Below, piece after piece: positions 25,700 to 37,400 of a DNA stretch of 64,000 nucleotides. Numbering within the stretch: position 1 is the stretch's first letter; every line of letters begins with the position of its first letter. The translations under genes and the position numbers were made by a program. This DNA comes from Podarcis filfolensis. Lineage: Eukaryota. The DNA lies in the NCBI GenBank assembly GCA_964270895.1, contig OZ185441.1. One strand, written 5' to 3'. The notes beneath the pieces were generated by a model. It was given only the letters and a program-made list of their open reading frames with translations, was not told where the DNA came from and did not search any database.

Positions 25700-26760
25700 T
25701 TCCAATTGGATCCATGGGATTTAAGGCTCTTGGCGACAGAGGATAGCTATCCTAGACAGGCGACCACGGGCTGTGTGGAGAAACGTTACGCTGGCAGACT
25801 GACTGAAACTGACTAGCCCACTGGACTAGCAAGGCGAAGCTGAGCACGGCTAGCACGTCAAAAGGGAGCCCCTAGAGGTCGCCGTCGCGTCATCGCACCA
25901 AACATGGGACACAAACACACAGCAAGAGGTCCTGCCCGTTGTCCTCGTCAAAGGAACAACTCGCGAGGCTTGTAGACTTAACACCAAAAGAAGGAAAGGG
26001 AAAGGGGGGGGGGAAGCGAAAAGAAAGAAATGCAAGCTGATGTGTTGCAGCATTGTAGGGCCACTAAATAGCCATCTGTGAACTCGTGGCGATTTAAAAG
26101 GCGAAGGGAAGGCACGAAAAGCTGCAAACGGCATCCTGCGTCACATGGCCTGAAGAGAATGCAAAATTCAAGTAAGATTGATCTCATACACACCACTCAG
26201 GCATCAGATCGAAGGCCCTCGACGGCTGCGCTACCGCTGGCTGCAGCCGTAGCCCGCCTGGGACCTGCATGCAAACTCGATTGGGTTTGCTGTGATGGAT
26301 TACTCGGGGCCCGGATCAGACGGGGGGGGGGGGAGTCTGACGGGTGAGACGGGCGCCTTTTCTCTGCTCGACGGCTGAGTGGCTCGTAAAGCAAGACGAG
26401 GCGCTGGGCTCTAGGGGGCGCTGGCGTGCACCTCCGCCCCGGCTTTGCCCTTAGGAGACGCGTTCCATTCATTTCAACGGGGAGCCGGCTGCTAAACTGC
26501 CGTCGGGATCAGAGTGCCAATCTCTCAAGAGTTTCCAGATCTCCCCACCACCCGTTTTCAGTAGCCGAGGAGCTGGGAATCCTGCCGACGATTCTCACAG
26601 GCTAAAAATCCCCTTTACTCGGAAAAACAAGGGCCATTCATAACAGGGCTGTCGTTTCAGACACCGAGGATAATTCTACGTTAAAGTTACGGGGCGGGCA
26701 CAGAAGAACTCCAGGTGCGCTGCGCATTTTAAAACAGTCTCCTACCCCTTGAAACGGTCG
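25700..26760. promoter_or_regulatory. CpG island downstream of ADCYAP1
   Basis: GC-rich, dense CpG by eye, no recognisable repeat or protein motif. Confidence 0.7.
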
Positions 26761-29117
26761 CGGCTTCTCTCAAAGAATTCTGGGGACCGTAGTTTCTTAA
26801 GAGTGCTGAGTTGCTAGGAGAGACCCCTGTTATTCCCCTCAAAGAGCTACAGTTGTCAGAGCTCCCTGAGGAGAGGGGCTGGTTGTTAAACCACTCTGGC
26901 AATCGTAGCTCTGTGAGGGGAATAGTGCGTCTCCTAACAAGGCTCAGCACCCTTAACAAACTACAGCTATCGGGATTCTCTGCGGGGTGCGATGCTGCTT
27001 TCAATGTGCAGCGCAGCTATTTGTTGCGGGTGCTCTTTCATATACCCCCATAATAACTAGAAGCAATGTCATCAACACAGGAAAAAAAGGTTGCCTTCTC
27101 CCTTCTTCTATTTAATTTTTTGAAGCAAAGAAGGCTGTTCTTAGTATGGTCATATTTGTCCTGCATTTAACTTGACTAACTAGAGGTGTCCCATATAGGT
27201 AAAATACAGGAGGAAGAATCACACGGAGTTGGAAACCTGGGCAACTTTTAAACTTGGGAGATACGCTTTGCATCGAGGTTAGGTTTTCACCCCGTTGACT
27301 TCAGTTGAACAGTCAAGCAAAATCCCACTGCTAAAAAAAGAGATTTCTTTCCAACACATGAATGAAAGGTGGCAACCTAAATGGATTTAGATCCAAGTCC
27401 TACAACTCAGCAAGGAGATCTGGGGGCTCTAGAAATAAGGCGCCCACCCGTTTGGTCGAGTCTGAGCTGCGGGAGACCCAATTAATCCGAGGCCACCCTA
27501 TGATTGAAGCTGATTGACACCCTGATCCTTTAAGGCGCATTGCAGCCGACAGACGACATCCCAAAAGGTACTCAGCTCGTTAAAACAATGGTGCCGTCGA
27601 GACAGGACCCTGGGAAGAAAGACCTGGGTCCCTAAATACAGTAGGGCTGGTTTACCATCTGAAGGGGAGTGGGAGAGCCGCTAAGGCTATTCAACCCAGG
27701 GTAAAATGACCGTACTGCACCACTGTGTTAAGAGAACCCTCAACAGATGTATTTTCCATTGAAATGAATGGGACGTCCTTCTGGATAAGTCTGCTGACTT
27801 AAAAATGCCAAGTTCCCTTGATTTCAGTGGGAACAGAGAGAGGGGCGGGGTGTTGCTTGTTCTTTGAGCAGCTTCAGTTCATTCATACCTGCGACTGGCG
27901 CCGTGCGCAGGCGCATGCCAAATAAGTGTGAATGAACAGAAGGCAGGACAAAGACCATCAAGGAGAATGGACGGTTTGGAACTGCAACCTTCAGCCCCAC
28001 TGAGTTCAGCAGAACTAGATCGGCTTCGAACCACCCTATTTACATTTGACAGTTAATTCTCTGGAGGAAAGAGGGGGGAAACAAGTCCCTTCTGAGTTGG
28101 GACTATTTCAATACCCACTGCACACAATCCAAGGGATTATTTCAATGCCCTCCACACACTTCACACACAGACACAAACGCACGCGCAGGCGCACACGCAC
28201 TCACATTTCAAGGTCCCCGTCCCCACAGAAAGATGCTTGATCAGGTCTGAGAAACTGAAGCGCAGAGGGAACACTACACATTCTAGCATGACCAAAGTTG
28301 ATTGTATGAAATAAATTTTACTAAGCGGTTAAAGCCATAATGTAGAAAAATACATTTTAAACCTCCAAGCTCAATAAATCAACAAGGAACCGAAAGGAAA
28401 AGGAAAAAGAAAGGAAAAAAACTTTTTCGTCATAGTGCATAATTCTTTAGTGGTGGAATATATAGAGAGATATATAGATATAGGCGCTACAGCAGGGGGG
28501 GAGGGGCCTAAGACAGTCTGACAATTAAGAGCTTGCATCATAACAAAACCAAAAGTGCCTGAGGCGTTCACAATATAATTGTTGGTTGTTGCTTTCGAGG
28601 GGAAAAAGAAACGAAAGTGGCCCCGATGGAAAACACAACATTTGCGAGAGAGGCCATCGAGGGCGGAGAAGCGAAAGTTCTATCAGGGAACCATGAACTG
28701 GGGGGGCGGGGAGGGAGAGAGAGAGTGAAAGTGACTCCCACCGGGCGGGCGGGTGGGGCGGGGGGCGATTATCAAGAGAGAACGCTAGCCAATATATCAC
28801 AAGATGAGAAGAAGGATGGACAGCACTGGAGAGTTACACGTGAATACTTTGCATCAAGATCCGATACCAAACAGCTCGTAGGCCGATGGATCTCTTTGAG
28901 GCGGGATCCACACCTGCAGCAGAATAGGTGGAAACGGAAGGTGGTAGAGTTGCTTAAGGTTGCAGAGTGGAATATACCATTTCAGATTACAGGTGCACTT
29001 CTTTAATTTTAAAAAATGCTCCCTTTAATTATTTCTATATCTTATTAACTTCTGGCGTTGGGAATGGAGGAATGGGACTGTACTAGAATCTTTCTTCCAG
29101 TTTTCTACTGGCAGGAC

Positions 29118-29118
<1 letters not shown>

Positions 29119-29166
<48 letters not shown>
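29119..29166. repeat. (CTTT)12 microsatellite
   Basis: Direct count. Confidence 0.97.
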
Positions 29167-29168
<2 letters not shown>

Positions 29169-29649
29169 GAAGTGCTATTGTCCACTTTGCCATCACGAGT
29201 TTCACCTCCGTCTGCTGCATGGATAGATCCGGCCTGATGGGACAGGTTATCTTTAACTCCTAGAACCTACACTGTGCCAAGTCCAAAACCCAAAGGGATG
29301 GGGTAGGGGGGTCGTTTCTTCTCTATTCCGCCCTAGATCTGAACTCCGAACTTCCTAACGGATCGAACTTATTACTTCTGAGGCTACCTCAGAGTTGGAT
29401 CCAGACTTTGGCGTTCTTAGAGTTGACGCATCAATCTATTCTGAGCATGGCTAAGTCTGGACGCTACATATGCACAGTGTGAGATATATATATATTTATA
29501 CACACTGTGTATAGATTTATACACAGTGCATTGTGTATCTATATGTGTATACACACACCTGCATATGGGAGCAGGCCCCCTTCTTAGTCTGCTATCCCAG
29601 AAACCAGAAAAAAACAACTCTTCCAGGATTTCTCATTGGGGCGCAACTA

Positions 29650-29655
29650 TTTATT
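29650..29655 (-). terminator. ADCYAP1: Candidate ADCYAP1 poly(A) signal AATAAA
   Basis: First canonical hexamer I found 3' of the stop (~1.0 kb). A U/GU-rich tract (gttgttttttttctggttt) follows at ~29602-29620. Confidence 0.6.
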
Positions 29656-30674
29656 TCGACAATTTGCATCCTGCTGAACTACAATCGTCTCTTAAACTAC
29701 CGGACCCTGGTCCTCTCTGCTCACAAGCGCTAAGGCGGATCGGCATGACCCTTCACCCCCTCTCCCCTCGTACAGGCAGGGAGAGGCGCTCCTTTGCCCC
29801 CCCCCAATTGAGAGGAGTGGCCAGGAGAGAGGGGTTCTGGGGCGAGGGGTGGCCGATGCACCTTAAACGGTCTTGCAGGCTCCGTTCTTCACTTGGTCTC
29901 AGAGCAGATCCAGATACATAGAAAAAAGGGCAGTCAGAGTAAAGCAGGGAAATGTCATTTCTAGCAAAGGGGGGAGGGAGGGGGGAAGGAGGAAGGACGT
30001 GTCAAAGGAGCCTGACAGGAGACTCACCGGGGCAAGGAACTGCGTCAGTAATTCTCCCAAATCAATAGCCTCATATTCCCCTTGTAGCAGGGCATCTTTG
30101 TCTATGTACAGTAGCAAATGGAGAATAGTAATTTCTTCAACCCTGTCATGGATAAAAATACTCTCCTTTTAATTTCCATTACAAAAATAGGAGCAATATT
30201 CAAAACAATGATTGTCTTCTCCATTTTTTTCTCTTCTTTTTTTAAATATAAAAACATAAAACAGCTCAGGCGAATGTCCTCGGTCTCTTGTGCAAATGCT
30301 AACCACTGCAGCATCAATTGGTCCTCTCTAATTCCCTAGTCTATCGAGCTAGCTCTAGCAGGTCTATAGATTCTAATCTTAACATTTAGTTAGTTAGTTT
30401 AAGGATTGGTCCACAAAGTAGATCTGTGCGTTTTCTCTAGTGCTTATTCTTAAATATTATTTTGGTACAAAAGAAAAACAATATTATTATCAAAATATTC
30501 ATTTAATGGCTTTACTTCATACATAAATACATGTTTAGATAACACAGGAGCGGTGATTGATCAGTCAGTTTGGAAATGACTTTTTAGGGACGGGGGCGGG
30601 TTGGGGGGGTCCTCTCTCGGATTTTTTTTTCCCCGGGGCTTTTGTATACACAGGAGCGATTGGGAAACTCATCG

Positions 30675-30858
30675 CTACAAATAGGCTACTCGGCGTCCTT
30701 TGTTTCTAACTCTTTGTTTATACCTTTTCCCCAGGACTGCTGCCAAGTATTTCTTGACAGCCATTTGTTTTCGGTAGCGGCTGTAGCTGTCTGTGAATAT
30801 GCCGTCCGAGTGCCTTTTGGAAAGCGGTTCCGAGTCATCCTCCAGGCCGCTCGCTCCG
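30675..30858 (-). CDS. ADCYAP1: Prepro-PACAP last coding exon: PRP C-terminus, KR, PACAP38, GRR, VAYL*
   Basis: Acceptor ccttgcag|C at 30859-60. Reads [63 protein letters not shown]. Confidence 0.99.
30699..30812 (-). other. ADCYAP1: Mature PACAP38 (PACAP27 = 30732-30812)
   Basis: Preceded by KR. Followed by G-R-R (amidation and cleavage); internal G-K-R after Leu27. Confidence 0.98.
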
Positions 30859-31170
30859 CTGCAAGGAGTAGGGGAAAGAGAAGGGGAAAGAAAAAGAAGG
30901 CAAAGCGAAACGTGGTTGCAAAATCGGAAACCGCCAACCCTGCCGCAGGAGCTACGTCTTTCGGAAGCAGAAAAGGGAAAGGGGTCGGGAAATTGGGCCC
31001 AAAATGCGCAGGCAGGCCACCTTAACGCCCAGAAGGCTGGTCAGTTTCACTGCCAATGGGCGTTTGCTGGATAGACTCAGTGTAGACTCTTATTGCGCAT
31101 CATCTTGTTCATAAACAAGAGGAAGGAGTCACTTTCTGTTCTTCTTTATCTTCCATTGTATTGCTGTCTG

Positions 31171-31171
<1 letters not shown>

Positions 31172-31209
<38 letters not shown>
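31172..31209. repeat. (TG)19 microsatellite in intron 4; second (TG)14 at 31345-31372
   Basis: Direct count. Confidence 0.95.
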
Positions 31210-31212
<3 letters not shown>

Positions 31213-31343
31213 CGGGGGGTTTCCCAGCTTTCCCTTTTCTTTCCTACCCAGGCTTGCTCCACAGGCCAATGCCCCCCCATGCCAAACAATAAGCCCCTCG
31301 CGATCTGTCCCGATTAACCTTCATCCTTTCAACAATTCGAAGC

Positions 31344-31375
<32 letters not shown>

Positions 31376-32641
31376 CCCCCATTATATCATCCTCATTATC
31401 ATCATCCTTTTTATCACAGAGTTATCCAAAAACATTTGGTCTAGGGAAGGATCTGGCGGTGGAGTGTGCAGGGATCGGGGGTTTGTTTTGTTTCTTAAAA
31501 GATGGGGGTTGCTCCTTTCAAGCAGCGCGAGCAACACGTAGAGCAGGGGCCGGAGCAATAAAGGGCAGGTTCTTTCCCCGGCGCCAAGAAACAAAGGCTT
31601 TCTCTAACCACGCTGCGGAAGTTGAAGTGTGATCATAATACAAGTCGACAGTCGGGAGACAATCTCTTCCTGGCATGAATTATTCATCCTGAAATGGTGT
31701 AATCCATTTCCCCCTGGGCTTTATTAAAATGTTGCCTTCTGCCGATACACGCGCGGGCTGGCATCCGGCTAGGAGGGTTGATTTCAAAGCAGAGGTCGAG
31801 GACGGGGAGGGAGAAGGAGGGAGGGGCTGCTTTGTTTTTATTTCCCATTTTATTTCTTTTCCGCACGTTCTGTGGTCAGTCTGCACCTGGATCTATGGAA
31901 ATGATGCCCTCTTCCTCCCAAAGGAGCCTCGAGTATTTATTTAATCATCCCCAGCGGGTTGGAGGGGGTCGGTCAGACTCCGCAGAGGAGCGAACTGTGC
32001 AACTGACAAGGTCTTTATCAGCTGAGCTTGTCGCCGCACCTTTTCATCCTGTCAGGCTGAATGGGGCGGGGAGGGAGGCCGGTTGTGTCACATTCGAGGG
32101 AGCGTGGAGAATTAGCAACCCTATTTAACAATATAGCCCAGTCCTCTGAAAGTTGTAAACCGGGAAAGCCCACCTCTCCGGGAGTTCAGCCCAGTTCTGT
32201 TTAATAATATTCTTCTCTAGATGACATTCCACCCGTAGTTTGATCAACAGCCCAACTTAACGGCGATGACCCGCTTGGCACCCACATTCCCTAAACGCGC
32301 TGACTTAGAGACAGACTTGAAATTCCCTTATTCTGAATAGGATTCCTCGCAAGAAAAGGGAAAGGTTGACAGCTATGCTTGTTGGTCTTCCACGCACCCT
32401 GGGACAGTTTGATCCAGAACCTGTGCATCGAACTGTGATCCAGGTTTGCATGCATTTCTATCGTTTGTGCAGAGATGACAGATCCGCTGAGCTCTACAAA
32501 ATAACATGCCCAGTGCCATTTAATCCATTCTAACCCCATGGGATGGTTCATTAAGATTTGTTCCTTAGATTCTCCCCCCCCCCTTGCACACCCACACTCC
32601 CTCCCCACCCCACCCCACCCAAACAAGGAAGACCGTCTTAC

Positions 32642-32737
32642 CCCACCCGCTTGGCCATCAGAGAATGAAGGTACTTCCTCGCCGATAACTGGCCCAAGAC
32701 TTTCCTGTAGGCTTTATTAAAGATCCCATCCGCATGC
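32642..32737 (-). CDS. ADCYAP1: Prepro-PACAP coding exon for PRP residues 1-32 (96 nt, phase 2-2)
   Basis: Long polypyrimidine tract plus tctag|G; reads HADGIFNKAYRKVLGQLSARKYLHSLMAKRVG; donor GG|GTAAGA at 32641. Confidence 0.99.
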
Positions 32738-32799
32738 CTAGAAAGAAGAAACGAAGGGAGGAGGGAAGCGGTGGAGAGAGGGAGGGAGGAGGAGGGAGA

Positions 32800-33900
32800 C
32801 ACAGAGATCAAAATAAAACAGGCAACAAGCCACGACCAGCAAGCTGATGGAGGCACCTAGTACTACCCAGAGCTCATCCTACAGGGAAACCTCAGCAAGG
32901 GAGGGGGGATCTGGGGGTCGGCCTCTGCTTGGGTCCCCCAGGGACCTCGGGCCGCGCCTGCCTGGGCAGCGGAGTCTCGAGCGCGCGCGCTCCCCCCCTC
33001 TCCCCCCCCCCCAGCTGGCAGCTGTCGGGGCAACTCGTGTCATTTTCTAGGACGGGGCGCGCGGCGCGCTGCTCAGAAACTGGTTTTATTTTCCCGGAGA
33101 GAGGTAAGTCGGATTGCTCGCCTCCTTCTTCCCCACCCCGTCTGTTCTCGGTCTGACGCGGAAACCTTGCAGAGGAGGATCCTCGGCTTGAGAGGGGTGC
33201 TTCTCCTCCTCACCCTCTTCCAAAGACAAAGCGGAGGAAGGCTGGGAAACCACCTCTCTTCCCACCCCACCCCCACTGGCGCGCCACACCCACCGCGCGG
33301 TCCATTGCGCAGCTGCACCGGCGCAAGGGGCGCGTCCAGTCCAGGTCAGGGTGCCCAGGATCGCAGCCTGCTTTGAACTCTATCTATCTGTGGCTTAATC
33401 ACCTCTTTTCCGGTGGGTAATACAAGGTGTACACGTCGTCCAGCATGGAGGAAGGGTCGGCTATCCCGAGGGGCTCGCTGTCGAAGGCGTAGTCGGGCAG
33501 GGTGTTGCCGTCTTCGTCGTACGCTTCATCTTCCAGCCTGCTGTAGAGGGAGACAGGCGCCGCGCCTTGAGTGCGGGATCGCGGCGAGAGCGGGGCGGGT
33601 GGGCACGTCGAGGGGGCGGCGGTGGGAGGAGGGGGAGGCGGCACTGGCTGGGACCAGGAGGCACCCTCACCCCCACGCAGAAGCAACCATGGCGCCCGAG
33701 GCTCGCTCCCTTTCCCCCCCACTTCGCTTCCCCTACGCTTGGTCTGCCCCCTTAGCCGCGAGGAAGAAGACTGCCAGCCAGCTAAGGGAGCCCCTCCCCC
33801 CGAAAAAAGGGAAAGAAAGAGCCCCACAGGCTGCCAAAACGAGAGGAGGGAGGAGGCAGACATCTCTGCAGCAATTCCTCCTACTCGCCAGCCGCCTGTT
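32800..33900. promoter_or_regulatory. Intragenic CpG island over exon 3 (further CpG-rich blocks at ~34950-35900 and ~37700-39000)
   Basis: Very high GC and CpG density by eye. Confidence 0.75.
33403..33537 (-). CDS. ADCYAP1: Prepro-PACAP cryptic-peptide exon (135 nt, phase 2-2)
   Basis: Acceptor tacagcag|G; reads (R)LEDEAYDEDGNTLPDYAFDSEPLGIADPSSMLDDVYTLYYPPEK(R); donor AG|GTGATT at 33402. Confidence 0.98.
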
Positions 33901-34317
33901 TTGTCCTTCTATTACACCTTCAATTCAGGGGTCCACGTCCAGTTCTCCGTTCCCAGGTAGCGTTCAAAGGACTTCGCCCATCTTTACTCATTCAAGCCAA
34001 AGGCTTTTCGCGCTGCCAGTTGACCCAGTGGGACAAAGGGGGAGGGGATCTTGAACTCAAGACCTCCCCACCCCGTTATCCTTTCTGCCTTTCTGCAAAT
34101 CGGGTTCGTTTCGATTCTATTTCGGTGTCTCGGACAGTTCAGAGCCAATGGGAGTGGAGTGGATCAGAGCATGCATGGAGGCTGGGAGATTGGGTTGAAA
34201 TCCTCGCTTGGCCATGTCACTTGTTGGGGGGAGACCTTGGGCACGTAGGGACGAATTAACCATTACATTGATAGGGTTCAGGCCAGTGATGGGAACCTGT
34301 GGACCTCCATCAACCCC

Positions 34318-34457
34318 AGTTAGGCTGGATGTCGAGACAACAACCGGAGAGTCTCCTGGGTTAGGCCCTCTGTTTCCCAGTTAAGCTCAATGGGCGACCT
34401 CGGACCCACCACTTTCTTGTAGCCTGGCCTTCCTCACAGGGTTGTTGTGAAATGAGA
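34318..34457 (+). mobile_element. Diverged Squam3-like SINE in intron 2
   Basis: aagctcaatgggcgacctcgg...cctcacagggttgttgtga matches the 4.9 kb copy. Confidence 0.6.
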
Positions 34458-37400
34458 ATCTATGTATGTAGGCATGAACTACATCACTCGTGACTTTGCC
34501 ACAGCTATAGGGTAGAAGAGTGATTTCCCTTTAAAGAAATTAGTGTTCCGATATTTATCTATTTCTTTTCTCATTTTAATACATATTAATTTTAGATAAT
34601 TCGTTTGATGAATTAATGCTTCTCTCCCTCGTCAACATACAGTTCCCTCCTATTAGCCTAAGATCCCTTGCACCCTTAATCCAGGCCTGTCGGCAACGCA
34701 GAATCTAACCAGGGAACGGTGTAAAAACGATTGGGAGATGAAATGATCCTTATACACCCAACACACGCCATTCACACGCAGTGTCTGGGAAGCAGGCCAG
34801 AATCAGCGTGTGAAAAATAAGCAATAGGGTTTTTATTATGGGTATATTTTTAATGCCCATATATTTTCTTCACATATTTGAAAGGGCTCTGGTAAGACAC
34901 ACTTTTAATCCCTTTTAATCACTTTTAATAAGATTTAATCCCTCGCATCTCCTGGTAGGACTGGAAAAGCCTCTGTCTCGACCAGTTCTCCTCAACCTTG
35001 TGTCCCAGATCGTTTCTCCCCTTTCTTCCTTCCTCTGCGCAAGCAGACACACGCTCTCCGCTCTCTTTTCTGCGTCTTACAACGGTTCCCCACCCCTCCC
35101 CGCTTCCCACCCAGCCTGATCTCCGTCGTGGTCTCCCTGCTGCCGGATTTAGGTCACTGCGCGTCTCTCCGGCAGCTATTTTCGTCTGCGGAGCTCTGGC
35201 AGGAGCTATCAATAATGGATGCTCCTCAAGTGTTTCACGGCTGCTAATTCAGGCGCTTGAACGGAGCCAAGAGCCGCCCAAGTGCCTCCCCCGCTACATC
35301 CACTGCGGGGGGGGGGTAGGAGGGTCCCCCTCCCCGGGACTGACAGCTGCTCCCACCCCCCGCCACCCAGCCCCACCAACTCCCAGGTCTCGGTTGGCAA
35401 AGAGGGCTGAAAGACCTGGGGGAACCTTGGGCAACAATCTTCCAAGAGGGTGGGAGAGGCTGGTTCGTCTCAGGACAACCTCAGAGCCTGGGCAGGAGCG
35501 TCCCGGCGCGTTGGGCACTCTGTCGCCAGGACTGAGCCGTTTTCATTCTCAGTGCCCCCTCCCCGGGGGCAGGGAAAGCCTCGTGCTTCCCCAAGATTAG
35601 TGGCAGATCACAAGAATCCGCCCCCCTCCTCCCAATTCTTCTGATCTAGAAACCAATAGGGGTCAGTAGCGTTCTTGGCTTCTGTCCCTCTTAAAGAGGA
35701 GGGGGGAAAGCAACGCTGGGGGAAAGCACCCTGTTGGTCTGGGCGCAGCAGCCTTCCCGGACTCAGCACCCTGACGGAAGTCCTCAGCACCGCTCCGCAA
35801 GCGGTCTCCGCTGGGCCACCTTGGAGGGATTTTCGAAAAAGCGCAATATTTGTCTTGCTGGCTCAAAAATCCCATCTTGCTCTGCCTTCTGTACTCTAGA
35901 GTGGTTTGCCCTAAGCGTTTGGGAAGTTCACAAGCAGCCGTTCGTTACAGATCGGCTGCTCCTGATCAAGGAGGCTCCACTTTTAATAAGAGGAAATTTG
36001 GAACAAAGGGGTATAAAGTCGATACAACCAACTTAGGTTATGCGGAAGGAGCCTTGTGCCGTATTAAAGGTTATAGACTCCTGGTCGACTCAGGCTCCCT
36101 TTTGGGTAATTTTGGGAGCAACAAGGCAGCCAATCTCTACTACTCTACTCTATCTCTACTACCGACCGTCTGTCGATACTGCTAATGATAACAGGGAACT
36201 GCTCCCGGGTGGTGTTACAGGCTTGTCCTGCCATCCTAAAAGTAAAGTTGCTATCATCAGTCCATAGTCTATACTCTACTATAAACCACTGTGGAGCTTA
36301 TTGCCAAAGAAACGTGCTCAGGTTCCTGGTATGAGACAGTTGACTGAGGGATGCAGTTTAAACAGCCTAGATTAAAAAAACACATTTCATTGGAATTTAA
36401 CTTCCTGGGGCATGCATTTGGGTTTGCAACCTTAAGGTACAGGCCTGCTCGTTAGATTCAGTATGGTTATTCCAGAAGCAAACCTTTTGGTAAGAATCCC
36501 AGTTGAATGGCATTTGGTGGAGCGATCTTAGCAGTCCATCCACATTTTCCTTTCAGTAAAAGTTATACTTGCGGGAAATCAATTTAGTAAGGCTCAATCC
36601 TACAGTGTTTCCATTTAGAAGACCCGCACCATCGAAGCTTTAAAATCTTACAGAGAAATCTGAAGATCGAAATGACAAACTGCGCCAGCCAATAGAATTT
36701 CACGGATGGGGCCAACCCTACACACTTCACGCGTATACATTAATGGTAGCTTCAGTCTGGGCCACGGCGATTCACTTTAAGCTGCCTTCGCTAAATGCGC
36801 ACCTTCCTTCTAAGCACGGCTGCTTAAGCAGCAGGCGCCATTGAAATTAGCGGGGCCTCCGCCAGGTACATCCATTAGTCCTACCGAGTTCAACGATTCC
36901 AAGTACTGTAGGATGTAATGGTATCAATGCATCATGTGTGGATCGCGTCGCCCATCATACCTACCGTAACACTTCTGCTGTAATATATTACTCACTAGAT
37001 GTAATTTCCTACCTGTGATCCGTACCGCCAGAAACATAGCAGAGTCCTTAGCTATAACCCAAAGCCTTCGTCTAACAATTTGCCTACAGGTTCAGTACCT
37101 GCCAGGCAAATGCAGCAGGTAATAGGCAGCCAAATTCGGGATTAGAAGTCTGCATGTATACAGGTATACCTATGTCCTAGATATAAACATACTTTCGTTG
37201 TGAGCCCAGGGATGCTCCTATGCACACAATCTAAAATCATAAAAGGGTTTGTTCCAGAATAAATGTGCATAGAATTGGGCTACCGGTACATTTATTTCGG
37301 AGTCAACGTTTTAGATATCAGAATGGCTGGTCTATCATAATCTGCCCGTATTTCTCAATGTTTGGCACTCTGATTATCTGGAAAGAAACTCCATATATCT

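Noticed and set aside
33413-34054. 213-aa plus-strand ORF antisense to exon 3 (also 200 aa at 34998-35600 and 183 aa at 38965-39516)
   Set aside because: Low-complexity translations from stop-poor GC-rich or pyrimidine-rich sequence; no homology recognised.
35762-35791. Two CTCAGCACC REST left half-sites 21 bp apart in intron 2
   Set aside because: No GGACAG right half-site follows either. Other weak look-alikes (~37826-37846, ~33293-33313) match too poorly to call.
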